DNA of 64,000 nt from Candidatus Omnitrophota bacterium (GCA_003598025.1 QZKH01000006.1:44035-108034), one strand, 5' to 3'. Positions 1-9,739 are shown, counted from the first letter of the stretch. The notes: generated by a model from the letters alone, not told the origin. A program made the numbers and translations.

Positions 1-1
1 G

Positions 2-1984
2 TTGCGGAGCCTGCTAAAGTTTAAGGCTTCATCACAAGTGCCGATTGAGAAAGTCGAGCCCGTTAGTGAGATTGTTAGGCGTTTTGTTACCGGAGCAATG
101 AGTTTCGGCTCTATAAGCCGTTCCACCCATGAAACGATAGCAATAGCTATGAACAGGCTCAAAGGGAAATCTAATACCGGAGAAGGCGGAGAAGACCCTG
201 TGAGATTTATTCCTCTGCCTGATGGGGATTCGCGCAGAAGCGCTATAAAACAGGTCGCTTCCGGTAGGTTTGGGGTAACGACGAATTATCTGATTAATGC
301 CGATGAATTACAGATTAAGATTGCCCAGGGTGCAAAGCCTGGAGAGGGAGGGCAGCTGCCAGGGCATAAGGTCAGCGCAATAATTGCGAAGACACGTTAT
401 ACCACTCCGGGAGTCACTTTAATATCGCCTCCTCCTCATCACGATATATATTCTATAGAAGACCTGGCACAATTAATATTCGACTTGAAGAATGCTAATC
501 CAAATGCCCGCATAAGTGTAAAGCTGGTCTCAGAAATAGGAGTAGGCACAATTGCAGCAGGGGTGGCTAAGGGACATGCTGATATGATTCTCATTTCCGG
601 AGGCGATGGAGGCACAGGAGCGTCTCCTCTAAGTTCTATAAAGCATGCTGGCCTTCCGTGGGAATTAGGCCTTTCTGAAACACATCAGACATTGGTGCTT
701 AATGATTTAAGAAGCCGCCTCAGGCTTCAGACTGATGGCCAGATGCGCACAGGAAGAGATTTGGCTATCGCAGCTATTTTAGGTGCTGAAGAATTTGGTT
801 TTTGTACTTCTGCGCTAATAGTCTTAGGATGTGTTATGCTCAGGCATTGCCATCTGAACAATTGTTCGGTAGGAGTGGCTACTCAGGATGAGATTCTGGA
901 AAAGCGGTTTAACGGAAGGCCTGAATATCTGGTTAATTATTTTACTTTCGTTGCTGAAGAGCTGCGCCAGATTATGAGCGGTTTAGGCGTATATAGGATT
1001 GACGAAATGATAGGCAGGACTGAATTGCTTGAGGCAGATAAGGGGATTATCCCCTGGAAAGCAAAAGGCATAGATCTATCGAAAATCCTCTATAAGCCAA
1101 AAACAGAGATGGACTCTTCGATAAGATGTACGATGGCGCAGGATCACGGGATAGATAATATATTAGATTTAGAGCTGATAAAGCTCGCTGAAGAAGCACT
1201 CACCAGGCAGAAGCCGGTTTCCGCTGAATTGCCGATCCATAATTTTAACAGGACTACCGGAGCTATGTTGAGCGGCCAGGTTTGTAAGCGTTATGGCGAT
1301 TCCGGATTGCCTGAAGATACAATAAATTTCGCATTTAAAGGTACAGCCGGCCAAAGTTTCGGGGCATTTCTTGCCAGAGGTATTACTTTTAAACTTGAAG
1401 GCATGGCTAATGATTATGTAGGCAAAGGTATTTTTGGCGGAAAGATAATCATTTATCCGGATAGAACTGTAACTTATGATGCCGGCAGTAATATTATTAT
1501 CGGAAATACCACTTTTTACGGAGCAATAAACGGTCAGGCATACATAAGAGGGATTGCCGGAGAAAGATTCTGTATAAGGAATTCCGGGCTCAGTGCTGTT
1601 GTTGAGGGTGTAGGCGACCATGGTTGTGAGTATATGACCGGAGGCATTGTTGTCGTATTGGGCAGGACAGGGATGAATTTCGCTGCGGGTATGTCTGGAG
1701 GAATCGCATATATTTACGATGATAATGTTGAATTCAAGGATAAATGCAATATGAGTATGGTAGAGCTTGAGACGCCGGGGCAGGATGACCTTGAAACAAT
1801 ATCAAAACTGCTTAATAACCACTACAGATATACGCAGAGCCCGGTTGCCAGGGGAATAATGGATGATTTTAAAAAGAAATCAAAAAATTTCATCAAGGTA
1901 ATGCCGATTGAATATAAGCGGATAATAACAGAAGAAAAAGTAATAGAGAAGAAACTTAATTTGCTTGAGGTATCCGATGGGTGA
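2..1984 (+). CDS. gltB: Glutamate synthase large subunit, C-terminal part (runs in from window edge)
   Basis: FMN-domain motifs [42 protein letters not shown]; CxxxxxCxxxxC 3Fe-4S motif; GXGXG C-terminal domain. Confidence 0.97.
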   Translation: MRSLLKFKASSQVPIEKVEPVSEIVRRFVTGAMSFGSISRSTHETIAIAMNRLKGKSNTGEGGEDPVRFIPLPDGDSRRSAIKQVASGRFGVTTNYLINADELQIKIAQGAKPGEGGQLPGHKVSAIIAKTRYTTPGVTLISPPPHHDIYSIEDLAQLIFDLKNANPNARISVKLVSEIGVGTIAAGVAKGHADMILISGGDGGTGASPLSSIKHAGLPWELGLSETHQTLVLNDLRSRLRLQTDGQMRTGRDLAIAAILGAEEFGFCTSALIVLGCVMLRHCHLNNCSVGVATQDEILEKRFNGRPEYLVNYFTFVAEELRQIMSGLGVYRIDEMIGRTELLEADKGIIPWKAKGIDLSKILYKPKTEMDSSIRCTMAQDHGIDNILDLELIKLAEEALTRQKPVSAELPIHNFNRTTGAMLSGQVCKRYGDSGLPEDTINFAFKGTAGQSFGAFLARGITFKLEGMANDYVGKGIFGGKIIIYPDRTVTYDAGSNIIIGNTTFYGAINGQAYIRGIAGERFCIRNSGLSAVVEGVGDHGCEYMTGGIVVVLGRTGMNFAAGMSGGIAYIYDDNVEFKDKCNMSMVELETPGQDDLETISKLLNNHYRYTQSPVARGIMDDFKKKSKNFIKVMPIEYKRIITEEKVIEKKLNLLEVSDG

Positions 1985-3419
1985 TATAAAAGGTTTTCTA
2001 AAAGTAGGCAGGAAAAGTCTTGAATACAGGCCGGTCTGCGAAAGAGTCAAAGATTACCGCGAGGTATCTTTGCCTAAAAAAGAAAATGTTTCCCGGGAAC
2101 AAGCCAGCCGTTGTATGGACTGCGGCGTTCCTTTCTGCCAATGGGGTTGCCCGATAGGCAATCTTATCCCGGAGTGGAATGATTTGGTTTTTCACGGGCA
2201 TTGGGAAAAGGCATTAAATTTATTGAGGGCTACTAATAATCTGCCTGAAGTAACAGGGAGGATTTGCCCTGCGCCATGTGAATATTCATGCGTTTTGGGG
2301 ATTAACGATGACCCCGTAACTATACGCGATAACGAACTGGCAATTATCGAGTATGGATTTAAAAAAAACCTGGTAAATCCCAATCCGCCCAGAAAAAGAA
2401 CAGGTAAGAATGTAGCTATTGTTGGTTCGGGACCAAGCGGCCTTGCCTGCGCAGATCAGTTAAACCAGGCCGGGCACAGTGTTTTTGTCTTTGAAAAGGA
2501 CGATAAAGCCGGCGGGATAATGCGTTACGGCATACCGGACTTCAAATTGGATAAAAGCGTACTGGATCGCAGGATTAAAATACTGCAGGAAGAGGGGGTT
2601 ACTTTTATTACCGGTATAAATGTAGGCAGCATGAATAACAATAAATATATTAATAAAGATTTTGATGCTGTTTGCCTGGCTTGCGGAAGCAGGGTTCCCA
2701 GGGATCTGAATATAGAAGGAAGGGAGTTATCGGGTATATATTTTGCCATGGATTATCTGGTACAGGCAAATAGGGTAAATGCGGGTTACAGAATTGAAGA
2801 TTCTAAGGTTATTTCTGCTAAAGGTAAGCGCGTAGTCGTCATTGGCGGAGGAGACACCGGGGCTGATTGTGTAGGCGTGGCAAATAGGCAGGGAGCAAAT
2901 TGCATAATACAAATTGAGGTTATGCCTGAGCCGCCGGCTTGCCGCGATTCAGAGATGCCCTGGCCAAAATATCCTTTGTTATTGCGCACATCTACCAGCC
3001 ACCAGGAGGGAGGCGAAAGGAAGTGGGCTATTCTTACCAAGAAATTTATTGGGCAGGACAAAAAGGTAAGAAAATTATCCTGTGTTAAAGTTGAATTTAC
3101 TAAAGACAGCAGGCATTGCAATGTAATGAAAGAAGTCCCCGGCTCAAGTTTTGAGATAGAAGCAGATCTTGTTATTTTAGCTTTAGGGTTTCTGCACCCC
3201 GAAAAAAACGGGTTGGTTAAAAGCCTGGGGTTAGCTTTAGATGAGAGGCAGAATATCAAAACCGATAGTCAATATATGACTTCATCTAAAGGTATTTTTT
3301 GCGCCGGAGATATGCGCAGGGGTCAATCGTTGATTGTATGGGCTATATCAGAAGGAAGAAGAGCTGCATATTGTATAGATAAGTTTTTAATGGGCCAGAG
3401 CGAGTTGCCGATTATTTAG
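1977..3419 (+). CDS. gltD: Glutamate synthase small subunit (NAD(P)H)
   Basis: [57 protein letters not shown]; overlaps gltB end; ATG at 1977 chosen. Confidence 0.96.
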   Translation: MGDIKGFLKVGRKSLEYRPVCERVKDYREVSLPKKENVSREQASRCMDCGVPFCQWGCPIGNLIPEWNDLVFHGHWEKALNLLRATNNLPEVTGRICPAPCEYSCVLGINDDPVTIRDNELAIIEYGFKKNLVNPNPPRKRTGKNVAIVGSGPSGLACADQLNQAGHSVFVFEKDDKAGGIMRYGIPDFKLDKSVLDRRIKILQEEGVTFITGINVGSMNNNKYINKDFDAVCLACGSRVPRDLNIEGRELSGIYFAMDYLVQANRVNAGYRIEDSKVISAKGKRVVVIGGGDTGADCVGVANRQGANCIIQIEVMPEPPACRDSEMPWPKYPLLLRTSTSHQEGGERKWAILTKKFIGQDKKVRKLSCVKVEFTKDSRHCNVMKEVPGSSFEIEADLVILALGFLHPEKNGLVKSLGLALDERQNIKTDSQYMTSSKGIFCAGDMRRGQSLIVWAISEGRRAAYCIDKFLMGQSELPII

Positions 3420-3432
3420 ATCTAATTAGAGG

Positions 3433-3501
3433 TTAGTTCATAGTTCATTGTTCATAGAATATGCCATATCCATAAACCATCAACTATGAACCATGAACTA
3501 A
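3433..3501. repeat. Inverted heptamer-array element, copy 1
   Basis: TTAGTTCA TAGTTCA TTGTTCA TAG ... CAT CAACTAT GAACCAT GAACTAA. Confidence 0.9.
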
Positions 3502-3507
3502 TATTCC

Positions 3508-3535
3508 TTGCCATTTCCCCATATTTATGTAAAAT
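3508..3535 (+). promoter_or_regulatory. Putative sigma70 promoter
   Basis: TTGCCA-16 nt-TAAAAT; ATG follows 6 nt later. Confidence 0.5.
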
Positions 3536-3541
3536 TTACTC

Positions 3542-4075
3542 ATGCCTGTTATTAAATTAAAACCCGTCAAAGTAAGCCGCAAATTATTTAAGCTGCTAGA
3601 ACGCCGCAAACTAATAAAGACATTCTCGCCATCTAATAAGGTGTTAAATGTCAAACCCGGGCATGGTTATGTCGATACGGTATACGCTTGCTCTGAGGAA
3701 TATGGCCCGCATAAATTGATCTGCGTTGGTTTGAATTCCAGTAAAATCAGGCTGGCTTCGCATCCGGATAAAGAAGATTTTATTCTTATTAATAATATCC
3801 GGAAGTCAAAACCTTTATATATTGTGATAGGCTTGTATAAGCATGATATCATTCAGAATAAGGTTAAATCAGGTAAATTAACCGCTAAAGATTTCATTAT
3901 GTTAAATATCAAGCACAATGATATCCATACCTGTGTTTTTACCATGCTCGAAGGGACTGTGCATTGGGAAGCTACGACTAAGGGAAGGGGCAATTCTCCG
4001 TTTTTCTTTGTAACTGAACCCGCCAGACTAAGAATGGATTTCATAGACTTGTGCGAGTATAAGGTGGAGATATAA
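3542..4075 (+). CDS. Hypothetical protein, possibly cupin-like (ureidoglycolate lyase-like)
   Basis: 177 aa ORF; SHPDKEDF and EGTVHWE resemble cupin metal-binding segments; function weakly supported. Confidence 0.6.
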   Translation: MPVIKLKPVKVSRKLFKLLERRKLIKTFSPSNKVLNVKPGHGYVDTVYACSEEYGPHKLICVGLNSSKIRLASHPDKEDFILINNIRKSKPLYIVIGLYKHDIIQNKVKSGKLTAKDFIMLNIKHNDIHTCVFTMLEGTVHWEATTKGRGNSPFFFVTEPARLRMDFIDLCEYKVEI

Positions 4076-4077
4076 TA

Positions 4078-4324
4078 TTGGTTCATGGTTCATAGAATAT
4101 GGAGAGTAGCTAGTCACAAAGACACAAGGACGCAAGGACACAAAGCCACAAGAAAAGCATAGTTTAATCGTTGATTCGTTTAATAGTTTATTCGTTAATC
4201 TAGGCTTCTTCGGTTCAACGAGTCAACTAGTCAACGGGTAAACGAATAAGAAGAAATAGGTTCTTAAGATCGTTATAAAGACACCTTACGCACTACGCTA
4301 TACGCAATACGAACTGTGAACTAA
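4078..4324. repeat. Inverted heptamer-array element, copy 2 (composite, nested 8-mer and 7-mer modules)
   Basis: TTGGTTCATGGTTCATAG ... GACACAAG-type x5 (4113-4152), inverted GTTTAAT/GTCAACG 8-mer arrays (4161-4247), TACGCA-type x4 (4287-4314), TGTGAACTAA. Confidence 0.9.
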
Positions 4325-4330
4325 TATCCC

Positions 4331-4358
4331 TTGACACTTTAATTTTTTAAGATAATAT
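4331..4358 (+). promoter_or_regulatory. Putative sigma70 promoter
   Basis: TTGACA-16 nt-TAATAT upstream of the attenuator-like leader. Confidence 0.6.
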
Positions 4359-4377
4359 CATTATAAGTATTTGAAGT

Positions 4378-4458
4378 GGCCTTAAGAAGCGAAGTTGCTT
4401 TATTAGGTCTAAGACAAAGACGTCCGCAAATATAAAGGGAGGTCTTTTTTATTTTTTT
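4378..4458 (+). promoter_or_regulatory. ANTAR-type dual-hairpin antiterminator overlapping an intrinsic terminator
   Basis: Hairpin 1 AAGC-GAAGTT-GCTT (extended stem); hairpin 2 GAC-AAAGAC-GTC overlaps terminator AAAGACGTCC...GGAGGTCTTT followed by T-tract. Confidence 0.7.
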
Positions 4459-4523
4459 GGCCTTAGTTGCATAACATATAGGCAACATCTGCCTATAATA
4501 TAGTCAGAGAAAGGAGAATAGCT

Positions 4524-6110
4524 ATGAATCTAAGGACTCCTGGCGGAAATGATGCCAGCAGAACGTTTAATCGTTCCAAAAATGTAGTGCCTTGTTCCGG
4601 ATTATGTTCAAGGTGTCTTGAGTCATGCAGGGGTAATTGCGAGGTCTTCAAGTCTTCTTTTAGAGGCAGGGAAGTTATATATCCAGGGCCTTTTGGGGAG
4701 GTAACAGCCGGAGGCGATAAGGATTACCCGGTTGATTATTCACATATTAACATACATGGCTATGCCCAGGGAGCAAAAGGTTTACCCAAGGGTGTTAGCG
4801 CAGGCCCTGATACGGCAATATTCCCGGCAGTAGATACTCAGACCGAATACGGCTGGGATAAAAAAGTAAAAATGAAGGCGCCTATTTTTACCGGCGCTTT
4901 AGGTTCAACTGAAATCGCCCGTAAAAATTGGGAGCATTTTGCGATTGGCGCTGCTATTTCAGGCGTAACAATTGTATGCGGCGAGAACGTTTGCGGGATT
5001 GACCCTAAACTGGAGTTAGACAGCAAAGGAAAGGTCGCAAGCGCCCCTGATATGGACAGGAGAATAGAAGTCTATAAGAGATTTCATGACGGCTATGGCG
5101 AAATTCTAGTGCAGATGAACGTTGAGGATACAAGGCTTGGAGTCGCTGAATATGTACACAAAAAACATAAGCTTGATACCATTGAATTAAAATGGGGGCA
5201 GGGTGCTAAGTGTATCGGCGGTGAAATAAAAGTTAAAAGCCTTGAAAGAGCGTTAGAATTAAAGAAAAGAGGTTATATAGTCACCCCTGATCCTACGATA
5301 AAGGCGAATCAGGAAGCTTTTAAAGCCGGGGCAATCAAAGAGTTTGAAAGGCATTCGCGCCTCGGATTTGTTTCAGAGGAAGCCTTTATGAAGGAAGTCA
5401 AGCGTTTAAGGGATATAGGTTTTAAGAGAGTTACATTAAAAACAGGCGCTTATTCCATGGTTGAGCTTGCCCAGGCAATAAAGTTTTCTTCGCAGGCCAA
5501 AATCGACCTTTTGACTATCGATGGAGCCCCCGGCGGCACAGGTATGAGCCCATGGAGGATGATGCAGGAGTGGGGTATACCTACATTCTATCTGCAGGCT
5601 TTAGCTTATGAATTCTGCGAGAAGCTGGCTAAAAAGAAAAAGAGAGTTCCGGATATAGCTATTGCCGGAGGATTCGCTTTAGAAGACCATGTCTTTAAGG
5701 CTATAGCAATGGGCGCTCCTTATGTAAAAGCAGTATGCATGGGAAGGGCGCTTATGATACCCGGATTCGTTGGGAAAAACATAACAGAATGGATTAAAGG
5801 TAATACTTTACCGCCCACGGTGTCTGAATTCGGAAAAACCCCCGAGGAAATCTTTGTCTGTTATGAAGAGCTCTCCGAAAAATATGGCAATGATATGAAA
5901 GATATCCCGTTAGGAGCAGTTGCCATCTACACTTTCTCGCAACGTATAAAAGTAGGTCTTCAGCAGCTTATGGCAGGCTCGCGGAACTTTAACTTGAGTA
6001 CGATCTCAAGGAAGGATTTAATGAGTTTGACAAAGGAAGCTGAAGAGGTTAGCGGCATTCCTTATGTTATGGATGCTTATAGGAAAGAAGCAGAGAAAAT
6101 ATTAGCATAA
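4524..6110 (+). CDS. Stand-alone FMN-binding glutamate synthase family protein with N-terminal Cys cluster
   Basis: CSGLCSRCLESCRGNC, IELKWGQGAKCIGGE, TIDGAPGGTGMSP, AVCMGRA; AGGAG RBS. Confidence 0.88.
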   Translation: MNLRTPGGNDASRTFNRSKNVVPCSGLCSRCLESCRGNCEVFKSSFRGREVIYPGPFGEVTAGGDKDYPVDYSHINIHGYAQGAKGLPKGVSAGPDTAIFPAVDTQTEYGWDKKVKMKAPIFTGALGSTEIARKNWEHFAIGAAISGVTIVCGENVCGIDPKLELDSKGKVASAPDMDRRIEVYKRFHDGYGEILVQMNVEDTRLGVAEYVHKKHKLDTIELKWGQGAKCIGGEIKVKSLERALELKKRGYIVTPDPTIKANQEAFKAGAIKEFERHSRLGFVSEEAFMKEVKRLRDIGFKRVTLKTGAYSMVELAQAIKFSSQAKIDLLTIDGAPGGTGMSPWRMMQEWGIPTFYLQALAYEFCEKLAKKKKRVPDIAIAGGFALEDHVFKAIAMGAPYVKAVCMGRALMIPGFVGKNITEWIKGNTLPPTVSEFGKTPEEIFVCYEELSEKYGNDMKDIPLGAVAIYTFSQRIKVGLQQLMAGSRNFNLSTISRKDLMSLTKEAEEVSGIPYVMDAYRKEAEKILA

Positions 6111-6125
6111 TTTTCTTTGCGAAGC

Positions 6126-6168
6126 AAAATTAAAGCGCCTTGTCTTACTGACAGGGCGCTTTAATTTT
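6126..6168 (+). terminator. Intrinsic terminator hairpin
   Basis: AAAATTAAAGCGCCTTGTC-TTACT-GACAGGGCGCTTTAATTTT. Confidence 0.85.
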
Positions 6169-6287
6169 ATCAAGATTTAATCGGTAAGCCAGCCGATAAA
6201 ATTACAAATCTCAACTCACAAATCACAAGCCCAAGATGTAATATTTATGGCTTTAAATTTCGATTATATGGTAGTAAAATACTTGAG

Positions 6288-8237
6288 ATGGATAAGCATG
6301 CCGCCATAGATAATTTCCTTAGAAATCTCAGGATGGTCCTTAATAATGCTTTTATGTATAATAAGGAACATCCTTATTTTCTTAAATCAGTAGATTTGTT
6401 TAAAGGCAGCCTGGATGCCTTGTTTTCTTTAATCTCCCCCCTGAAAATCGGATTTACTCCTTCCTCGCTGTTTATCGGAAGCGAACATTTAGAAAGCCAG
6501 CCTTTGTATGAAGAAATAGCCAGAATATTCCATAACCGTAAGATTAAGAGCATCGAGATAAAAGATAATGTTACCACGGAAGAATTGGTTGATTTTCTCT
6601 CTACGGTAACCATGCCTGTCAGGGATTTGATCCAGCAAGGTAACATAAGGGCAATCTTTAATAAAGCAAAATTCCCTGATTTTCTAGTCGAAGAACTCGA
6701 TTATTCCATATTTTTAAGCGAGCAAGGAAGCGAACTTAAGGACCTATGGGGCAGCTTCTTGAGGGAAGCCGTTGTTAATAACGATTCGGACAGGATAGCA
6801 GACCTATCCGATAACTTCGGTACTGTCGTAAGAAAACTGAGCAGTAAGGATTTCTTAGATGACCAGCGGCTGCAAGCAGACGTAAAAGATTTCCTTAAGC
6901 ATCTTAAGGAATCACAAAGGGATAAATTTTATCAGTGCTCAAAAGAGATATTCAAATGGGCTATGAATAATAAACATAATCTGGATAATGAGCAGCTTGA
7001 TAAGATGAAAGCCATGCTTAAAGAGCTTGAAGACAGTGAGTTTGCCCGTCTTTTTTCGGAAGAGATACTTGAAGACGATAAGTTTGATCTTTTAAGTTTC
7101 CAGCTTTTCTCCAGGTTTATAGTAGAAGGCAGGCATAATAATGTAAGCAACCATTTAGCTAACGACAAGGCATTAAAAGACAACCTTAAGGACAGCCTTT
7201 CCGTTAAGAACAAGGTAAAAGAGCTGCTCTCTGCCCCTGAGGCGGAGATGGGTACCTCTAAAATTTTTCACAACACGCTCAAAATTTTGCTTACAAACAT
7301 AACTTATGAAGAAGGCATTTATTTCGACAGGAAACTATTAGAGGTAAATTATCGTTTTGTGCTAGTATCGATTTTTAGCACGGAAGAGGAGATGGGTAAA
7401 TTAAAGATTGTCGCCAATAGGTTGTCTCAGGTAGTCGAGCATGATAAGCAGGACATGGATCTTGATTGGTTGGTCACGGTGCTTGAGGCAATCAACGCTA
7501 AAAAGAAAAACTTTAGCCGAGGTTATAAAGAATTCTCGGATTTAGAAAAAAGATTAGCTAACTTTGTTGAGACGATGTTTTGGCAGGGCAGCATTTCTTT
7601 ACAGATGCAGAAATTAGTTGATTCTCTGGAAGTAACATCCATGGATTCCCATTTTTACTTAGAAAAGATGTTCGTCTATGGCCAAATAAATCAAAATGCC
7701 ATTAAGCTCTTCCTCAGGTTCTTTCCTTCAGATATCGCAATCTTTTATAAGAATATACAAGACAATGCTTATAAGACTGAAATGATGGCTGTGTTAACCG
7801 AGGCATTAAAAGGGCTAAAACACCATCTCGTTTTGGATATCTTAAAGACCATTTATAGCACCCCCAACCAATTCTTAAAAATTGAGGCTCTCAGGGCCAT
7901 GGCGGATAATAAAATAATTGACCAGGCATTCCTCTTAAATGTGATATCAGGGCAGGATATTACTTTGAAAAAAGGGGCTGTATATGCGCTGCTTAACGAA
8001 TCTGAAAGCCTTAAAAAGGCAATAGCTATTCTTTTAGATATCCCCAGCCCATTTGGGATAAGAAATCATATTATTATTGAAAACCTGCAGATTGTTGATG
8101 AGCTTATTTTGAGAGAAGCAATCAACAGCGTTATCGGGCTAAGCAACAGGAGATTTTTCTGGAATAAGGCGCTGAGAGAAAAGGCAGCTCAAACCCTAAG
8201 GAAATTAAATGTTAGAACAGGTAGAGAAGGCATTTAA
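6288..8237 (+). CDS. Large helical protein with C-terminal HEAT-like repeats
   Basis: 649 aa, helical; C-terminal LKIEALRAM/LKKGAVYAL/LREKAAQTL HEAT-like segments; overlaps downstream HD-GYP gene. Confidence 0.7.
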   Translation: MDKHAAIDNFLRNLRMVLNNAFMYNKEHPYFLKSVDLFKGSLDALFSLISPLKIGFTPSSLFIGSEHLESQPLYEEIARIFHNRKIKSIEIKDNVTTEELVDFLSTVTMPVRDLIQQGNIRAIFNKAKFPDFLVEELDYSIFLSEQGSELKDLWGSFLREAVVNNDSDRIADLSDNFGTVVRKLSSKDFLDDQRLQADVKDFLKHLKESQRDKFYQCSKEIFKWAMNNKHNLDNEQLDKMKAMLKELEDSEFARLFSEEILEDDKFDLLSFQLFSRFIVEGRHNNVSNHLANDKALKDNLKDSLSVKNKVKELLSAPEAEMGTSKIFHNTLKILLTNITYEEGIYFDRKLLEVNYRFVLVSIFSTEEEMGKLKIVANRLSQVVEHDKQDMDLDWLVTVLEAINAKKKNFSRGYKEFSDLEKRLANFVETMFWQGSISLQMQKLVDSLEVTSMDSHFYLEKMFVYGQINQNAIKLFLRFFPSDIAIFYKNIQDNAYKTEMMAVLTEALKGLKHHLVLDILKTIYSTPNQFLKIEALRAMADNKIIDQAFLLNVISGQDITLKKGAVYALLNESESLKKAIAILLDIPSPFGIRNHIIIENLQIVDELILREAINSVIGLSNRRFFWNKALREKAAQTLRKLNVRTGREGI

Positions 8238-9543
8238 AGATTTACTGGCATCTTTGCAATTGGCTAAATTATACGGGATCCAGCATAAGATATTTAGAGA
8301 TTCTGTGGATAAAGCCTATTTAAGCCTGGCTAAGGCGCTGGAAGGAAGAAGCGAACTGGTTATAGGCATTATTGGCGAAGAGCTGGCTTTTGAAAAAGAG
8401 ATACTATTTGGATTAAGCAAGGCTATAGGCCCGGCAGTGGGTTATTTAAAGAACTTGGGTATTGAAAGGATATCATTCGGGAGCAATGTTCAGAAGGATG
8501 AACTTGAGAAATTCATTGAATTTTTGGCTTCCAAAAAAGATACTGCTATAGACCAGCAGGGGTTAGATTTCGGGTCTTTAGGCATAAGGAACATTGTCAT
8601 CGGGAAACTCACCGTTCTTGGTAAAGACAAAGTTGATGAGTTAGGCATAAAGGCCGTAGATTATATGAATATATACGGTTCGGCTGCTGATATGGCGCAT
8701 AAGTCTTTTTCTTCCATGCTTGAAGGAGAGGCGCTTGATGCCTTGGCGGTAAAGTTAGCGCTTAATAATATATTAGAGAACCTGGCAGTTTATCATAATG
8801 AATTTTTCAAGATTGTAGCCTTACGCCGGCATGACCCTCAGACGCACATACACCTTATTAATGTTGCGACAATAGCAATGTACTTTGCCTCCAGGCTTGG
8901 TTTTAGCAAGGCTGATATACTGGACATCGGGATGTCCGGATTATTCCATGATATCGGCAAACTCTATATCTCCCACGGGATACTTACTAAAACAGATAAG
9001 CTTACCAATGAGGAATTTGCAAAAATAAAGAGCCATACTATATTTGGCGCAGAAATTTTATTGGAACATATAGAATCACTGGGGATACTGCCTGCAGTTG
9101 TTTCTTTTGAGCACCATCTTAAGTACGATATGACAGGTTATCCCAGAGTTAACTATTCCCGCAGGCCCCATATAGCCTCTTTGATTGTTTCTATATGCGA
9201 TGTTTATGATGCTTTATTTTCAAGAAGGACATATAAAGAGGATTATTCGCCGGAAAACGTCTATAATATAATGATTAAGGATAAAAATACTGCTTTTGAA
9301 CCGCGCCTTGTAGAGAGATTTTTTAAAATAATGGGTGTTTGGTATATAGGCTGTGTGGTTTCCCTGAGCGATGGCAGGATTGCCGTAGTCCGGGAGCAGA
9401 ATGAAGACGATATCAGGAGGCCAAAAGTAGAGGTAGTTTTCCCTAAAGATAGAAAAGAATTTATTGATCTGAAAGAGAACTCATCGCTTGAGATAAAGCG
9501 CAGCCTTAATCCCTGGACGGAAGCCAGGGATTATGTGTCTTAG
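8209..9543 (+). CDS. HD-GYP domain cyclic dinucleotide phosphodiesterase
   Basis: HLINV, FHDIGK, EHHLKYDMTGYP, CDVYDAL..RRTYK. Confidence 0.88.
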   Translation: MLEQVEKAFKDLLASLQLAKLYGIQHKIFRDSVDKAYLSLAKALEGRSELVIGIIGEELAFEKEILFGLSKAIGPAVGYLKNLGIERISFGSNVQKDELEKFIEFLASKKDTAIDQQGLDFGSLGIRNIVIGKLTVLGKDKVDELGIKAVDYMNIYGSAADMAHKSFSSMLEGEALDALAVKLALNNILENLAVYHNEFFKIVALRRHDPQTHIHLINVATIAMYFASRLGFSKADILDIGMSGLFHDIGKLYISHGILTKTDKLTNEEFAKIKSHTIFGAEILLEHIESLGILPAVVSFEHHLKYDMTGYPRVNYSRRPHIASLIVSICDVYDALFSRRTYKEDYSPENVYNIMIKDKNTAFEPRLVERFFKIMGVWYIGCVVSLSDGRIAVVREQNEDDIRRPKVEVVFPKDRKEFIDLKENSSLEIKRSLNPWTEARDYVS

Positions 9544-9619
9544 TCCATAGTTCACAGATCACGGTTCACAGAAATATTTATCCATTCCCGTGAACTGTGC
9601 ACAGTGAACTATGAACCAA
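9540..9619. repeat. Inverted heptamer-array element, copy 3
   Basis: TTAGTCCA TAGTTCA CAGATCA CGGTTCA CAG ... GTGAACT GTGCACA GTGAACT ATGAACCAA. Confidence 0.88.
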
Positions 9620-9631
9620 TACTTATTCCCA

Positions 9632-9659
9632 TTGACTTTTAAACCGGATATGTTATAAT
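9632..9659 (+). promoter_or_regulatory. Putative sigma70 promoter for pyrG
   Basis: TTGACT-16 nt-TATAAT with TG extended -10. Confidence 0.7.
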
Positions 9660-9663
9660 TATT

Positions 9664-9739
9664 TTAATAGTTCAATGCTGAGCTATTAATGACAATGGCG
9701 TTTTGGGGCTGGAAGTGTCACCCCGATACGCCTTTTTTT
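9664..9739 (+). promoter_or_regulatory. ANTAR-type dual-hairpin antiterminator overlapping an intrinsic terminator
   Basis: Hairpin 1 TTAATAGTTC-AATGCT-GAGCTATTAA; hairpin 2 GAC-AATGGC-GTT overlaps terminator GGCGTTTTGGGG...CCCCGATACGCC-T7; both loops have A1 and G4. Confidence 0.78.
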
